Positions 7,225 through 15,616 of a stretch of DNA of 42,693 bases are shown here, in pieces. The translations under genes were made by a program, and so were the position numbers. The notes below the pieces were generated by a model. That model saw only the letters and a list, made by a program, of their open reading frames with translations, was not told where the DNA came from and did not search any database. The number at the start of each line of letters is the position of its first letter. Position 1 is the stretch's first letter. The DNA is from Candidatus Deferrimicrobiaceae bacterium (GTDB taxonomy: Bacteria > Desulfobacterota > Deferrimicrobia > Deferrimicrobiales > Deferrimicrobiaceae), in contig DASWBR010000305.1 of the NCBI GenBank assembly GCA_036390495.1, positions 1 to 42,693 of the forward strand. The letters are read 5' to 3'.

Positions 7225-8976
7225 TTGGGAGGACGCATCTCCGAGAGCACGATCCGGGAGGTACGGGACCGGACGGACATCGTCGAGGTGGTCTCCGAGA
7301 CGGTGCCCCTGACCCGCGCCGGCGCGAATTTCCGCGGGCTGTGCCCGTTCCACAGGGAAAAGACCCCGTCCTTCTTCGTGCACCCCACCCGCCAGGCGTT
7401 CAAGTGCTTCGGTTGCGGGGAGGGAGGCTCGGTTTTCCACTTCCTCATGAAGGCCCGGAACCTCTCTTTCGCCGAGGCGGTCGAGGAGCTCGCCGAGCGG
7501 TACGGGGTTTCGGTGCAGTACGAGGGGGGCAGGGGCGGGGACCGGCCGAAGGAGGACCTGTACCGGATCCTCCGCGTGGCGGCGGAGACGTACCGCGGCC
7601 TTCTCCGCTCTCCCGCCGGGAAGGCGGGACGCGAGTTCCTCCGGCGACGCGGGGTGACCCCCGGGGCGGAGCAGGAGTTCGCCCTCGGCTGGGGCGGGCA
7701 GGGAAACGACCTCCTTGCCGCGCTGGAAAAGGAAAGGGTGGACCTTGCCCGGGCGGAAGCGGCGGGGCTGCTGTTCCCGGCCGAAAAAGGGCGCCGGGAG
7801 CGGTTCCGGGGCCGGGTGATCTTCCCGATCGCGGACGCCCGGGGCCGGATCTGCGGCTTCGGGGGACGGGCGGTGGACGATGCCGTGCCGAAGTACATCA
7901 ACTCTCCCGAGTCCGAACTGTACCGGAAGAGTTCGCTGCTGTACGGACTCCACCAGGCCCTCCCCGCCATTCGGAACGAGGGGCGGGTGGTGGTGGTCGA
8001 AGGGTACATGGACCTGATCGGCCTGTGGCAGAAGGGGGTCCGGGGGGTCGTGGCGACCTGCGGGACCTCCCTCACCGAGAGCCACGCGAGGACGCTGAAG
8101 CGGTTGTCGGAGAACGTCATCCTATTCTATGACGGCGACGTGGCCGGAAAGATGGCCGCCGTGCGGGGGGGGGGGCCATTGTACGCTTCCGGCGTCAGCC
8201 CGAAAGTCCTCTTCCCGCCCAGGGGGATGGACCCGGACGACTGGGCGAAGGCGTCCCCGCCGGAGGAGATCTCCCGTCGCATCGCGGCCGCCGTTCCCCT
8301 GATGGAATCCATCGAGCGGGGGGCCGCGAGGAAATACGACCTCGGCACAATCCAGGGAAAACTCTCCTACGTCCGGCTGATGGAGAAATACCTGCGCTGG
8401 ATCGCGGACCCGGCGGAACGCGAGCTCTACGTCCAGCGGGTGGCCCAGTCCGCGGGGCTCCCGGTGGAGACGATCCACCGGCAGCTGGGCGAGCCGAAGG
8501 CCCCCGGGCCGCCCGTCCCGTCCCCTCCCCGGGAGAGGGAGGGTCTACCGGAGGAGAGCCTCCTGCTGCAGCTCCTGGTGGCGGCCCCCGACCTGGCTGC
8601 CGTCGCGCGGCAGGATGGAGTCGAACAGCTGCTGACGGAGCCGGACGCGAGGGAGGCCGTGGCGTACCTCTGCGCGCGGGCGGGGGGCCTGGGAGCGGCG
8701 GACCCGGACGCCCTGCTCGGCGAAGGGCTCCCGGATGGGGCGCGGAAGCGGCTCTCCGCGGGGGTCGTGCTCGCCGACGTGTCCCCCGAGGAGGCGCGCA
8801 GGCGGTACCCGGAGATGCTCCTGTCCCTGCGGACCGCGAAGGCCCGCCGGGAGGTCGAGGAGCTGCAGGGGAAGGTGAAGGAGGCGTCGGGGGAGGCGGC
8901 GGAGGAACTGTTCGCCCGCGTCCTGGCGGCGAAGAAGGAGCTCGAGCGGCTGTTGTGGTCGCGCAGATCCCGCTGA
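7225..8976 (+). CDS. dnaG: DNA primase
   Basis: 583-aa ORF with a TTG start after GGGAGG. Zinc finger CPFHREKTPSF...CFGCGEGG and TOPRIM block VVVEGYMDLI. Confidence 0.95.
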   Translation: MGGRISESTIREVRDRTDIVEVVSETVPLTRAGANFRGLCPFHREKTPSFFVHPTRQAFKCFGCGEGGSVFHFLMKARNLSFAEAVEELAERYGVSVQYEGGRGGDRPKEDLYRILRVAAETYRGLLRSPAGKAGREFLRRRGVTPGAEQEFALGWGGQGNDLLAALEKERVDLARAEAAGLLFPAEKGRRERFRGRVIFPIADARGRICGFGGRAVDDAVPKYINSPESELYRKSSLLYGLHQALPAIRNEGRVVVVEGYMDLIGLWQKGVRGVVATCGTSLTESHARTLKRLSENVILFYDGDVAGKMAAVRGGGPLYASGVSPKVLFPPRGMDPDDWAKASPPEEISRRIAAAVPLMESIERGAARKYDLGTIQGKLSYVRLMEKYLRWIADPAERELYVQRVAQSAGLPVETIHRQLGEPKAPGPPVPSPPREREGLPEESLLLQLLVAAPDLAAVARQDGVEQLLTEPDAREAVAYLCARAGGLGAADPDALLGEGLPDGARKRLSAGVVLADVSPEEARRRYPEMLLSLRTAKARREVEELQGKVKEASGEAAEELFARVLAAKKELERLLWSRRSR

Positions 8977-8991
8977 CGAGGTGAGGGGAAG

Positions 8992-10779
8992 ATGGCGAGG
9001 CGGAAGCACCCGGAAGGCATCGAGGGGCTGGTGGAGAAGGGGCGTGCGCAGGGGTACGTCACCTACGACGAGATCAACAGCGCCCTCCCCCCCGACATTC
9101 TCACGGGGGACCAGATCGACGACGTCATGGAGATCTTCGGGGAGAACGCCATCGAGGTGGTGGACGACTTCCAGAAGGTCCCCGTGCCCGGAGCGAACCT
9201 GCTGATCGGGGAGGAGGAGGCCGAGGAGGAAGAGGCGTCCGTCGAGGAGGAGCCCGCCGTCGAGGAGGAGGAGGAGTTCGACTACCCGGGCGGGATCAAG
9301 GGGAACGACCCGGTCCGGCTCTACCTGAAGGAAATGGGCGCCATCCCGCTGCTGAACCGGGAGGGGGAAGTGAACCTCGCGAAGCGGATCGAGGACGGGG
9401 AGCGCGAGATCGTCTCCTCCGTGAAAGGGTGCTCCATCGCCCTCGACGAGCTGTTCAAGGTGGGGGAGAAGCTCAAGGCGGGGGAACTTCAGGTACGGGA
9501 CGTGATCAAGGACCTCGACGAGGACTCCACGGACGAGGAGGAGAAGGCCGCCCTGGAGAAGGTGCTCCGGAGCGTCCAGCGCGTGCGGAAGACGTACCAG
9601 TCCGCGCAGGAGGCCGAGCAGCGCCTCCGCCGCGGCGGAATCCGGGAGAAGGAGCGCGCCGCGCTGAAGAACCGGCTTGCCGTCCTGAACGAGCGCGTCG
9701 TGGAGTCGATCCAGGAAATCCACCTGAAGGAACGCCAGATCGAGATCATCGGCGACAAGATCCGACGGTACGCGGATCTGGTGGTGGCCGCGGAGGCGCG
9801 CATCCGGGAGTGCTCCGACCGGATGAGGCTTCCCGAAAAGGATCTCGTCCGCCTGTTCCGGGAGATCCATTCCCGGAAGGACGGCCTGGCGAAGGCCGCC
9901 TCGAAATACCACATCAAGAAGGAGAGGCTCCTCGGGATGGAGGAGACCGTCCGGGAGGCCCGGGGCACCATCCGGAAGGTGGAGCGCGAGTCCGGTCTGT
10001 CCTCCGCGGAGATCCAGGAGACGGTTGCGGCCATCGAGCGGGGGGAGCGGAAGGTCCGGGAGGCGAAGCGGGAGCTCGTCGAGGCGAACCTCCGGCTGGT
10101 GGTCTCCATCGCCAAGAAGTACACCAACCGGGGGTTGCAGTTCCTGGACCTGATCCAGGAGGGGAACATCGGCCTGATGAAGGCGGTGGACAAGTTCGAG
10201 TACCGCCGGGGGTACAAGTTCTCCACCTACGCCACGTGGTGGATCCGCCAGGCGATCACGCGGGCCATCGCCGACCAGGCGCGCACGATCCGGATCCCCG
10301 TCCACATGATCGAGACGATCAACAAGCTGATCCGCACCTCCCGCTACCTGGTGCAGGAACTCGGGCGGGAGCCCACCCCCGAGGAGATCGCCGAGCGGAT
10401 GGACATCCCGCTGGAAAAGGTTCGCAAGGTTCTCAAGATCGCGAAGGAGCCGATCTCCCTCGAGACGCCGATCGGGGAGGAGGAGGACAGCCACCTCGGG
10501 GACTTCATCGAGGACAAGAACACCGCCTCCCCCGTGGACTCGGTGATCAACATCGACCTTGCGGAGCAGGTGGACAAGGTGCTCGGGAGCCTGACCCCCC
10601 GGGAGGAGAGGGTCCTGCGGATGCGCTTCGGCATCGGGGAGAAGTCGGACCACACCCTCGAGGAGGTGGGGCAGGACTTCGAGGTGACGCGGGAGCGGAT
10701 CCGGCAGATCGAGGCGAAGGCGCTCCGGAAGCTGCGGCACCCCAGCCGGAGCAAGCGGCTGCGGACGTTCCTGGAGTAG
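8992..10779 (+). CDS. rpoD: RNA polymerase primary sigma factor (sigma70)
   Basis: 595-aa ORF with an acidic spacer ([14 protein letters not shown]). Region 2 is [27 protein letters not shown] and region 4.2 is [30 protein letters not shown]. Confidence 0.97.
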   Translation: MARRKHPEGIEGLVEKGRAQGYVTYDEINSALPPDILTGDQIDDVMEIFGENAIEVVDDFQKVPVPGANLLIGEEEAEEEEASVEEEPAVEEEEEFDYPGGIKGNDPVRLYLKEMGAIPLLNREGEVNLAKRIEDGEREIVSSVKGCSIALDELFKVGEKLKAGELQVRDVIKDLDEDSTDEEEKAALEKVLRSVQRVRKTYQSAQEAEQRLRRGGIREKERAALKNRLAVLNERVVESIQEIHLKERQIEIIGDKIRRYADLVVAAEARIRECSDRMRLPEKDLVRLFREIHSRKDGLAKAASKYHIKKERLLGMEETVREARGTIRKVERESGLSSAEIQETVAAIERGERKVREAKRELVEANLRLVVSIAKKYTNRGLQFLDLIQEGNIGLMKAVDKFEYRRGYKFSTYATWWIRQAITRAIADQARTIRIPVHMIETINKLIRTSRYLVQELGREPTPEEIAERMDIPLEKVRKVLKIAKEPISLETPIGEEEDSHLGDFIEDKNTASPVDSVINIDLAEQVDKVLGSLTPREERVLRMRFGIGEKSDHTLEEVGQDFEVTRERIRQIEAKALRKLRHPSRSKRLRTFLE

Positions 10780-10803
10780 GAGCAGGGAAACCGCCGGCCG
10801 CGG

Positions 10804-10832
10804 TTGACACCTGTTCGGGCGGAGAGGATAAT
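10804..10832 (+). promoter_or_regulatory. sigma70-type promoter for the tRNA gene
   Basis: TTGACA (10804-10809), a 17-nt spacer, then GATAAT (10827-10832), about 28 nt upstream of the mature tRNA 5' end. Confidence 0.75.
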
Positions 10833-10859
10833 AGCAGGATTCGATGGAGTTTTTCGGCG

Positions 10860-10936
10860 GGGCCCATAGCTCAGTTGGTCAGAGCCACCGGCTCATAACC
10901 GGTCGGTCCCTGGTTCGAGGCCAGGTGGGCCCACCA
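10860..10936 (+). tRNA. tRNA with anticodon CAT; elongator type, probably tRNA-Ile2 (lysidine-modified) rather than tRNA-Met
   Basis: Cloverleaf: acceptor GGGCCCA/TGGGCCC, D arm GCTC-AGTTGGTC-AGAGC, anticodon stem ACCGG/CCGGT with loop CTCATAA, T arm CCTGG-TTCGAGG-CCAGG, and an encoded CCA. The G1-C72 pair excludes an initiator. C4-G69 and C5-G68 resemble E. coli ileX. Confidence 0.9.
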
Positions 10937-10989
10937 GCGAAGACGTTGCCATGCAACCGAACATAGCCGTTACGGAAGCGACGGGCGGG

Positions 10990-11018
10990 AAAAATGCACC
11001 GGGGATCGGTGCATTTTT
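10990..11018 (+). terminator. Intrinsic (potentially bidirectional) terminator after the tRNA
   Basis: Stem TGCACCG (10995-11001) / CGGTGCA (11007-11013), loop GGGAT. It is flanked by AAAAA upstream and TTTTT (11014-11018) downstream. Confidence 0.8.
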
Positions 11019-11039
11019 ATTTGGCGGAGCGGCAGGGGA

Positions 11040-12194
11040 GTGAGCCGCGCCGGCCCCGTCACCGTGAGGGACGTCTGGTGTGCGCTGGACGACCATTTTC
11101 CTTTCGCGCACCGGGCCGACTGGGACAACGTCGGCATCCTGGTCGGGGACCCCGGAGCCCCCGTCCGGTCGGTCCTGGTCGCGCTGGACGCGACCCCCGC
11201 GGTCCTCTCCGCCCTCCGCCGTCGCCCCGCGGATCTGCTGGTCACGCACCACCCGGTGGTCTTCCGGCCCCTCCCGGCCATCCGCCCGGATCGCCCGGAG
11301 GCCGCCGCCGCGTATGCGCTGCTGCGCGCGGGCGTTGCGGCCATATCCGCCCACACGAACGCCGACGTCGCGCCGCGGGGGGTATCGCACGCGATGGCGC
11401 GCCGCCTGGGGCTCCGGGGAATCCGCCCGCTGATCCCGGGGGAGCCTTCCTCCGATGCCTGCAAGGTGGTGGTCTTCGTCCCCGGCTCCCACGCGGACGC
11501 GGTCCTCGCCGCCGCCGCGGGGGCGGGAGCCGCCCGGATCGGCGACTACCAGCGGTGCTCGTTCCGGTCCGAAGGGACGGGGACGTTCCTCCCCCGGGAG
11601 GGCGCGGACCCGTACCTCGGGGCGGCCGGGCGGGAGGAGCGGGTCCCGGAAGTCCGGCTGGAGACTGTTGCGGCGGGGAGCCTCCTGCCCGCGGTGCTGC
11701 GCGCGGTGCGGGCGGCCCACCCGTACGAGGAACCCGCGATCGACGTGGTCCCCCTGCGCGGCGCCGCGCTCGGCGGCGGCGTCGGGGCGGTGGGCGACCT
11801 TCCGGGGCCGGAACCGCTCGCCGGCGCGCTGGAACGGGTGCGGCGGGCGTTGCGCCCGTCCTGGATACGGGTCGCGGGACCCCGCCGGAAGACGGTCCGC
11901 CGGGTGGCGATCGTGGGCGGAAGCGGGGCGGAGTTCGCCGGGGCCGCCCGCGAGGCGGGGGCGGACCTGTACGTCACGGGGGACGTGAAGTACCACCAGG
12001 CCCTTGAGGCGGAAGCCGCGGGAATGCCCGTGGCCGACATCGGCCACGGTTCGGGGGAGCGCTGGATCCTGCCGGAGTTCCGACGGATTCTCCGGGCGAG
12101 GTTCCCGGGCGCGCTGGGAGTACGCGTCTTGATGGAAGAAGAGCCCCTGCGGGCGGTTCCGGCGGGGCGGACACGGGGAGGGACACGATCTTGA
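11040..12194 (+). CDS. Nif3-like dinuclear metal-centre protein (YbgI/YqfO family, DUF34)
   Basis: 384-aa ORF with a GTG start. Has DWDNVGILVG near the N-terminus and TGDVKYHQA...DIGHG near the C-terminus. Its length implies an inserted central domain. Confidence 0.85.
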   Translation: MSRAGPVTVRDVWCALDDHFPFAHRADWDNVGILVGDPGAPVRSVLVALDATPAVLSALRRRPADLLVTHHPVVFRPLPAIRPDRPEAAAAYALLRAGVAAISAHTNADVAPRGVSHAMARRLGLRGIRPLIPGEPSSDACKVVVFVPGSHADAVLAAAAGAGAARIGDYQRCSFRSEGTGTFLPREGADPYLGAAGREERVPEVRLETVAAGSLLPAVLRAVRAAHPYEEPAIDVVPLRGAALGGGVGAVGDLPGPEPLAGALERVRRALRPSWIRVAGPRRKTVRRVAIVGGSGAEFAGAAREAGADLYVTGDVKYHQALEAEAAGMPVADIGHGSGERWILPEFRRILRARFPGALGVRVLMEEEPLRAVPAGRTRGGTRS

Positions 12195-12919
12195 TGGAGC
12201 AGGTGAGGATCCTGATCGATCTCCAGGAGGTCATGAGCCAGACACGCCGGCTCGAGGACGAGAAGCGGAAGATCCCGCTCGAGGTGGCGGATCTCAAGAG
12301 CCTCTTCGAGGAGCGGGAGGCGAGGTACCTTGCGACGGAGCAGGAATTCGAGGCGCTCCGCAACCAGCGACGGGAGAAGGAGCGGGAGATCGAGGAGGAG
12401 CGCGACAAGGTCGAGCGGGCCAAGGCCAAGCTCATGTCGATCAAGACGAACAAGGAATATTACGCCATGCTCAAGGAGATCGAGGGGACGCGCCGGACCA
12501 CCGCCGCGCGGGAGGAGGAACTCCTCGCGCTGCTGTCCCGGTACGAGGAGACGGAGAAGCGCCTCGCGGAGCAGAAGGCGGAACTCGACGAGGTCACCGG
12601 GAAGTATCGGGAGAGGATGGTCGAGGTGGAAGCGCGGATGGGGTCCTTCGACGGGGACATCGGGAAGTACCTTGCGCGCAAGAGGCAGGTTTCCTCGGCG
12701 CTGGAGCCCGGCCTGGTGCGGCGGTTCGAGATGATCTTCGAGCGGCGGGGCGGCATCGCCATCGTGCCGGCCCGGAACTACTCCTGCACGGGGTGCCACA
12801 TGCACATCTCTCCGCAGCTGTTCAACCTGCTGCAGCGGGAGGACCGGGTCCACACCTGTCCCAACTGCAACCGGATCCTCTATTACGAGCCCGCGGAGAA
12901 CGAGGCCGCGGGCGGGTGA
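12194..12919 (+). CDS. C4-type zinc-ribbon / coiled-coil protein (COG1579, DUF164; HP0958-like)
   Basis: About 190 aa of charged heptad-like coiled coil, then CTGCHMHI...CPNCNRILY. TGATG overlap with the nif3 stop (a TTG at 12191 is the alternative start). Confidence 0.8.
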   Translation: MEQVRILIDLQEVMSQTRRLEDEKRKIPLEVADLKSLFEEREARYLATEQEFEALRNQRREKEREIEEERDKVERAKAKLMSIKTNKEYYAMLKEIEGTRRTTAAREEELLALLSRYEETEKRLAEQKAELDEVTGKYRERMVEVEARMGSFDGDIGKYLARKRQVSSALEPGLVRRFEMIFERRGGIAIVPARNYSCTGCHMHISPQLFNLLQREDRVHTCPNCNRILYYEPAENEAAGG

Positions 12920-13332
12920 GCGACCGGGGCGTCACCGTGCGGGTCGACGGCGCGAGCCGGGGGAACCCGGGGCCCGCCGGCATCGGGGCGGTTGTCGAGT
13001 TCGCCGACGGCCGTCCGGCCCGGGAGCTGTCCGCCTACATCGGCGAGGCGACGAACAACGTGGCGGAGTACCGGGCCCTCCTGATGGCCCTCGAGGAGGC
13101 GGGGCGTCACGGGGCGCAAAGCATCACCGTGTACTCCGACTCGGAGCTCCTTGTGCGGCAACTGAACGGGGAGTACCGGGTGAAGGCGGCGCACCTGCGG
13201 CCCCTCCACCTCGAGGCCCGGCGCCGGTTGCGCGCCTTTCCGGCGGTCCGTATACTGCATGTAGTGCGCGAGGAAAACCGGAGGGCGGACCTCCTGGCGA
13301 ACCTCGCGATCGACCAGTACGCGAAGAAATAA
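12916..13332 (+). CDS. RNase HI-family (type 1 RNase H fold) protein
   Basis: GTG at 12916 (GTGA overlap with the upstream stop). Blocks DGASRGNPGPAGIG, EATNNVAEYRALL, YSDSELLV and ENRRADLLAN fit the RNase H D-E-D-D pattern. Confidence 0.85.
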   Translation: MSDRGVTVRVDGASRGNPGPAGIGAVVEFADGRPARELSAYIGEATNNVAEYRALLMALEEAGRHGAQSITVYSDSELLVRQLNGEYRVKAAHLRPLHLEARRRLRAFPAVRILHVVREENRRADLLANLAIDQYAKK

Positions 13333-13336
13333 GGCG

Positions 13337-13738
13337 TTCCGAGGAGGCCAGGCGGCCGCCGGTCCCCCGAGCGGGGACGGGAGGAAAGTCCGGGCTCCGC
13401 AGGGCAGGGTGCCGGGTAACGCCCGGTGGGGGCGACCCCGAGGACAGTGCCACAGAAAACACACCGCCTCCCGCCTCGGCGGGCGGCAAGGGTGAAATGG
13501 TGAGGTAAGAGCTCACCGCGCGGCGGGCGACCGCCGTGGCACGGCAAACCCCACCCGGAGCAAGACCGAATAGGAGGGCGATCCCGGGGGTGGCGACACC
13601 CCCGGGAGAAGGGCGGCCCGCCCGGGGCCCTCGGGTCAAGGTCGCTCAAGGCGCGCGGCGACTCGCGCCGTAGAGAAATGGCCGCCCCGCGGCGCCTCCG
13701 GCGCCGCGCACAGAACCCGGCTTACGGCCTCCTCGGAA
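13337..13738 (+). ncRNA. rnpB: RNase P RNA, bacterial type A
   Basis: P1 pairing TTCCGAGGAGGCC (13337-13349) with GGCCTCCTCGGAA (13726-13738). Universally conserved P4 strands GGGAGGAAAGTCCGGGCTCC and ACAGAACCCGGCTTA are present, as are AGGGTGCCGGGTAACGCCCGG and GGTAAGAGC. Confidence 0.93.
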
Positions 13739-13785
13739 CCCTGTTCCCCTCCACCAATCCCGCCGGCACCGGCAAACGACGTTTC

Positions 13786-13810
13786 CGCGGAATCCCCTCC
13801 GCGCGTTTTT
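13786..13810 (+). terminator. Intrinsic terminator after rnpB
   Basis: CGCGGA (13786-13791) / TCCGCG (13798-13803), loop ATCCCC, then CG plus TTTTT (13806-13810). Confidence 0.6.
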
Positions 13811-13834
13811 CCCCGCATAACCTCCCAAATTTCC

Positions 13835-13862
13835 TTGACACGCTCCGGTGCCCCGATAAAAT
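13835..13862 (+). promoter_or_regulatory. sigma70-type promoter of the dcw cluster (Pmra equivalent)
   Basis: TTGACA (13835-13840), a 16-nt spacer, then TAAAAT (13857-13862), 48 nt upstream of the mraZ ATG. Confidence 0.75.
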
Positions 13863-13871
13863 ACAGCACAA

Positions 13872-13896
13872 GTGGGTAATAGTGGGGAAAGGTGGG
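13872..13896 (+). promoter_or_regulatory. MraZ operator: three direct GTGGG repeats at exact 10-bp spacing
   Basis: GTGGG at 13872-13876, 13882-13886 and 13892-13896 (GTGGGTAATAGTGGGGAAAGGTGGG), between the -10 box and the mraZ start codon. Confidence 0.8.
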
Positions 13897-13909
13897 TTAA
13901 CGGGTTGTC

Positions 13910-14362
13910 ATGATCTTCCGGGGACGCTTCGAATACGCCATCGACCCCAAAGGTCGCGTCAACATCCCCGCCCCTTTCCGCGAACGCCTCCAGGAGTCCG
14001 GCCAGGAGTCGTTCGTCCTCACCAACTTCTCGGGATGCCTCTACGCGTTCCCCGCGGACGACTGGGCTCGCATCGAGGAGAGGCTGTCCCAGGTTCCCAG
14101 CACGGACCGGAGGAAGAACGCCTTTGTCCGGTTCTTCGTGGGGGGAGCCGTGGAAGCCATCCCTGACAAGCAGGGTCGAATCCTGATCCCCCCCTCCCTG
14201 AGGTCTTACGCCGGGCTGGAGAAGGACGTCGTCATACAGGGGATGCCCAACCGCTTCGAGATCTGGTCCCACGCCCGGTGGCAACAGGAGATCGGGCGGT
14301 TCGAGAAGGAAGTGCTGGAAGACGCGGAGCTGGCGCGGGAGATCAGCGAACTCGGGATCTGA
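13910..14362 (+). CDS. mraZ: transcriptional regulator MraZ
   Basis: 150-aa ORF MIFRGRFEYAIDPKGRVNIP... with two SpoVT/AbrB-type halves (DPKGRVNIP and DKQGRILIP). First gene of the dcw cluster. Confidence 0.95.
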   Translation: MIFRGRFEYAIDPKGRVNIPAPFRERLQESGQESFVLTNFSGCLYAFPADDWARIEERLSQVPSTDRRKNAFVRFFVGGAVEAIPDKQGRILIPPSLRSYAGLEKDVVIQGMPNRFEIWSHARWQQEIGRFEKEVLEDAELAREISELGI

Positions 14363-14365
14363 CCG

Positions 14366-15286
14366 TTGGCCCCGGGGCACATCCCCGTTCTTTTACAAGA
14401 GACGCTCACGCTGCTCGCTCCTTCGCCCGGCGAGGTCTTTCTGGACGGGACGACGGGCGCCGGAGGCCATGCGGCCGAGCTCGCGCGAAGGGTCGGCCCG
14501 GACGGACTCCTGGTCTGCGCCGACGCCGATCCGGCGATGCTCGCGGTCGCCGCGGAGGGGCTCTCGCGGTTCCCCTGGGTCCGGCTGGTCCACGCGGACT
14601 TTTCGGATCTCGAAAGACTGGGGGAGGCCGCGGGGGGGAGGCCGTTCGACGGGGCCCTCCTGGATCTCGGGATCTCCTCCCTTCAGCTGGACGATCCCGG
14701 AAGAGGTTTCACGTTCCGCGAGGAGGGGCCCCTGGACATGCGGCGGGACCCGGGTTCCGGCGGGCCGACGGCGGGGGAGATCCTCCTGCACACGAGGGAG
14801 AAGGATCTGGCCGACCTCTTTTACCGCTTCGGGGAGGAACGGTTCTCCCGGCGGATCGCCCGGGAGGTGGCGGAACGGCGGCGGAAGGCGCCGCTCGGGA
14901 CCACCTCGGAGCTCGCGGCGCTGGTGGCCGCGGCGATCCCCCGAAGGGCGTGGCCCCGGAACATCCACCCGGCCACGCGCGTGTTCCAGGCGCTGCGGAT
15001 CGCCGTGAACCGGGAGGTCGATTCGCTGGCCGCGTTCCTCGAGGCGATCCCCGCGCACCTCTCCCCCGGGGCACGCGTGGCGGTGATCAGTTTCCACTCC
15101 CTGGAGGACCGCCTCGTGAAGGAGGCGTTCCGGAAGCGGCCCGGGGAGGAGGGTGGAAGGGCGGCGCTGGTGGCACTCACCCGCAAGCCGGTGATCCCGT
15201 CGGAGCGGGAAGTGCGGGAGAACCCCAGGGCGCGCAGCGCGAAACTCCGCGTCGCGCGCTGTCCCGAGGAGGAGGATCCCCTGTGA
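14366..15286 (+). CDS. rsmH: 16S rRNA (cytosine1402-N4)-methyltransferase
   Basis: 306-aa ORF with a TTG start. Has HIPVLLQE, FLDGTTGAGGH, DLGISSLQLD and the C-terminal ENPRARSAKLR. Confidence 0.95.
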   Translation: MAPGHIPVLLQETLTLLAPSPGEVFLDGTTGAGGHAAELARRVGPDGLLVCADADPAMLAVAAEGLSRFPWVRLVHADFSDLERLGEAAGGRPFDGALLDLGISSLQLDDPGRGFTFREEGPLDMRRDPGSGGPTAGEILLHTREKDLADLFYRFGEERFSRRIAREVAERRRKAPLGTTSELAALVAAAIPRRAWPRNIHPATRVFQALRIAVNREVDSLAAFLEAIPAHLSPGARVAVISFHSLEDRLVKEAFRKRPGEEGGRAALVALTRKPVIPSEREVRENPRARSAKLRVARCPEEEDPL

Positions 15287-15291
15287 CGAGA

Positions 15292-15615
15292 ATGACGGTG
15301 GGAAACGGAGTGTACATCATCACGGAAATCCGGCGGGAGCCGCCGGCGATCCCGGTGGTCCCGCGCCGGGGCCGGCTGGCCGCGCTGGCCGCCGTCCTGC
15401 TCGGCATCGGGCTGTGCAACGTGTGGCTCTCCGGACAGTACATCCGGACCGGATACCGGGTCTCCTCCGCGCTGGAGGAGAAACGCACCCTCCAGAAGCA
15501 GCAGGAGCTCCTCCGCACGGAAATCCTCACCCTCAAGAGCCCCGCACGGATCAACGCCATCGCGCGCGCGCAGCTCGGGATGGTCCCCGCCCAGATGGAC
15601 CGGGTGATCCGTTGA
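15292..15615 (+). CDS. ftsL: cell division protein FtsL-like (bitopic, coiled coil)
   Basis: About 107 aa with one TM segment (LAALAAVLLGIGLCNVWL) and then a leucine-rich helix. It lies in the canonical slot between rsmH and ftsI. An in-frame GTG at 15283 is the alternative start. Confidence 0.7.
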   Translation: MTVGNGVYIITEIRREPPAIPVVPRRGRLAALAAVLLGIGLCNVWLSGQYIRTGYRVSSALEEKRTLQKQQELLRTEILTLKSPARINAIARAQLGMVPAQMDRVIR

Positions 15616-15616
15616 G

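Noticed and set aside
10787-10805. AACCGC-CGGCC-GCGGTT hairpin right after rpoD as its terminator.
   Set aside because: It is a 6-bp stem with only TT downstream, and it overlaps the -35 box of the tRNA promoter. Read-through into the tRNA is equally plausible, so I did not call it.
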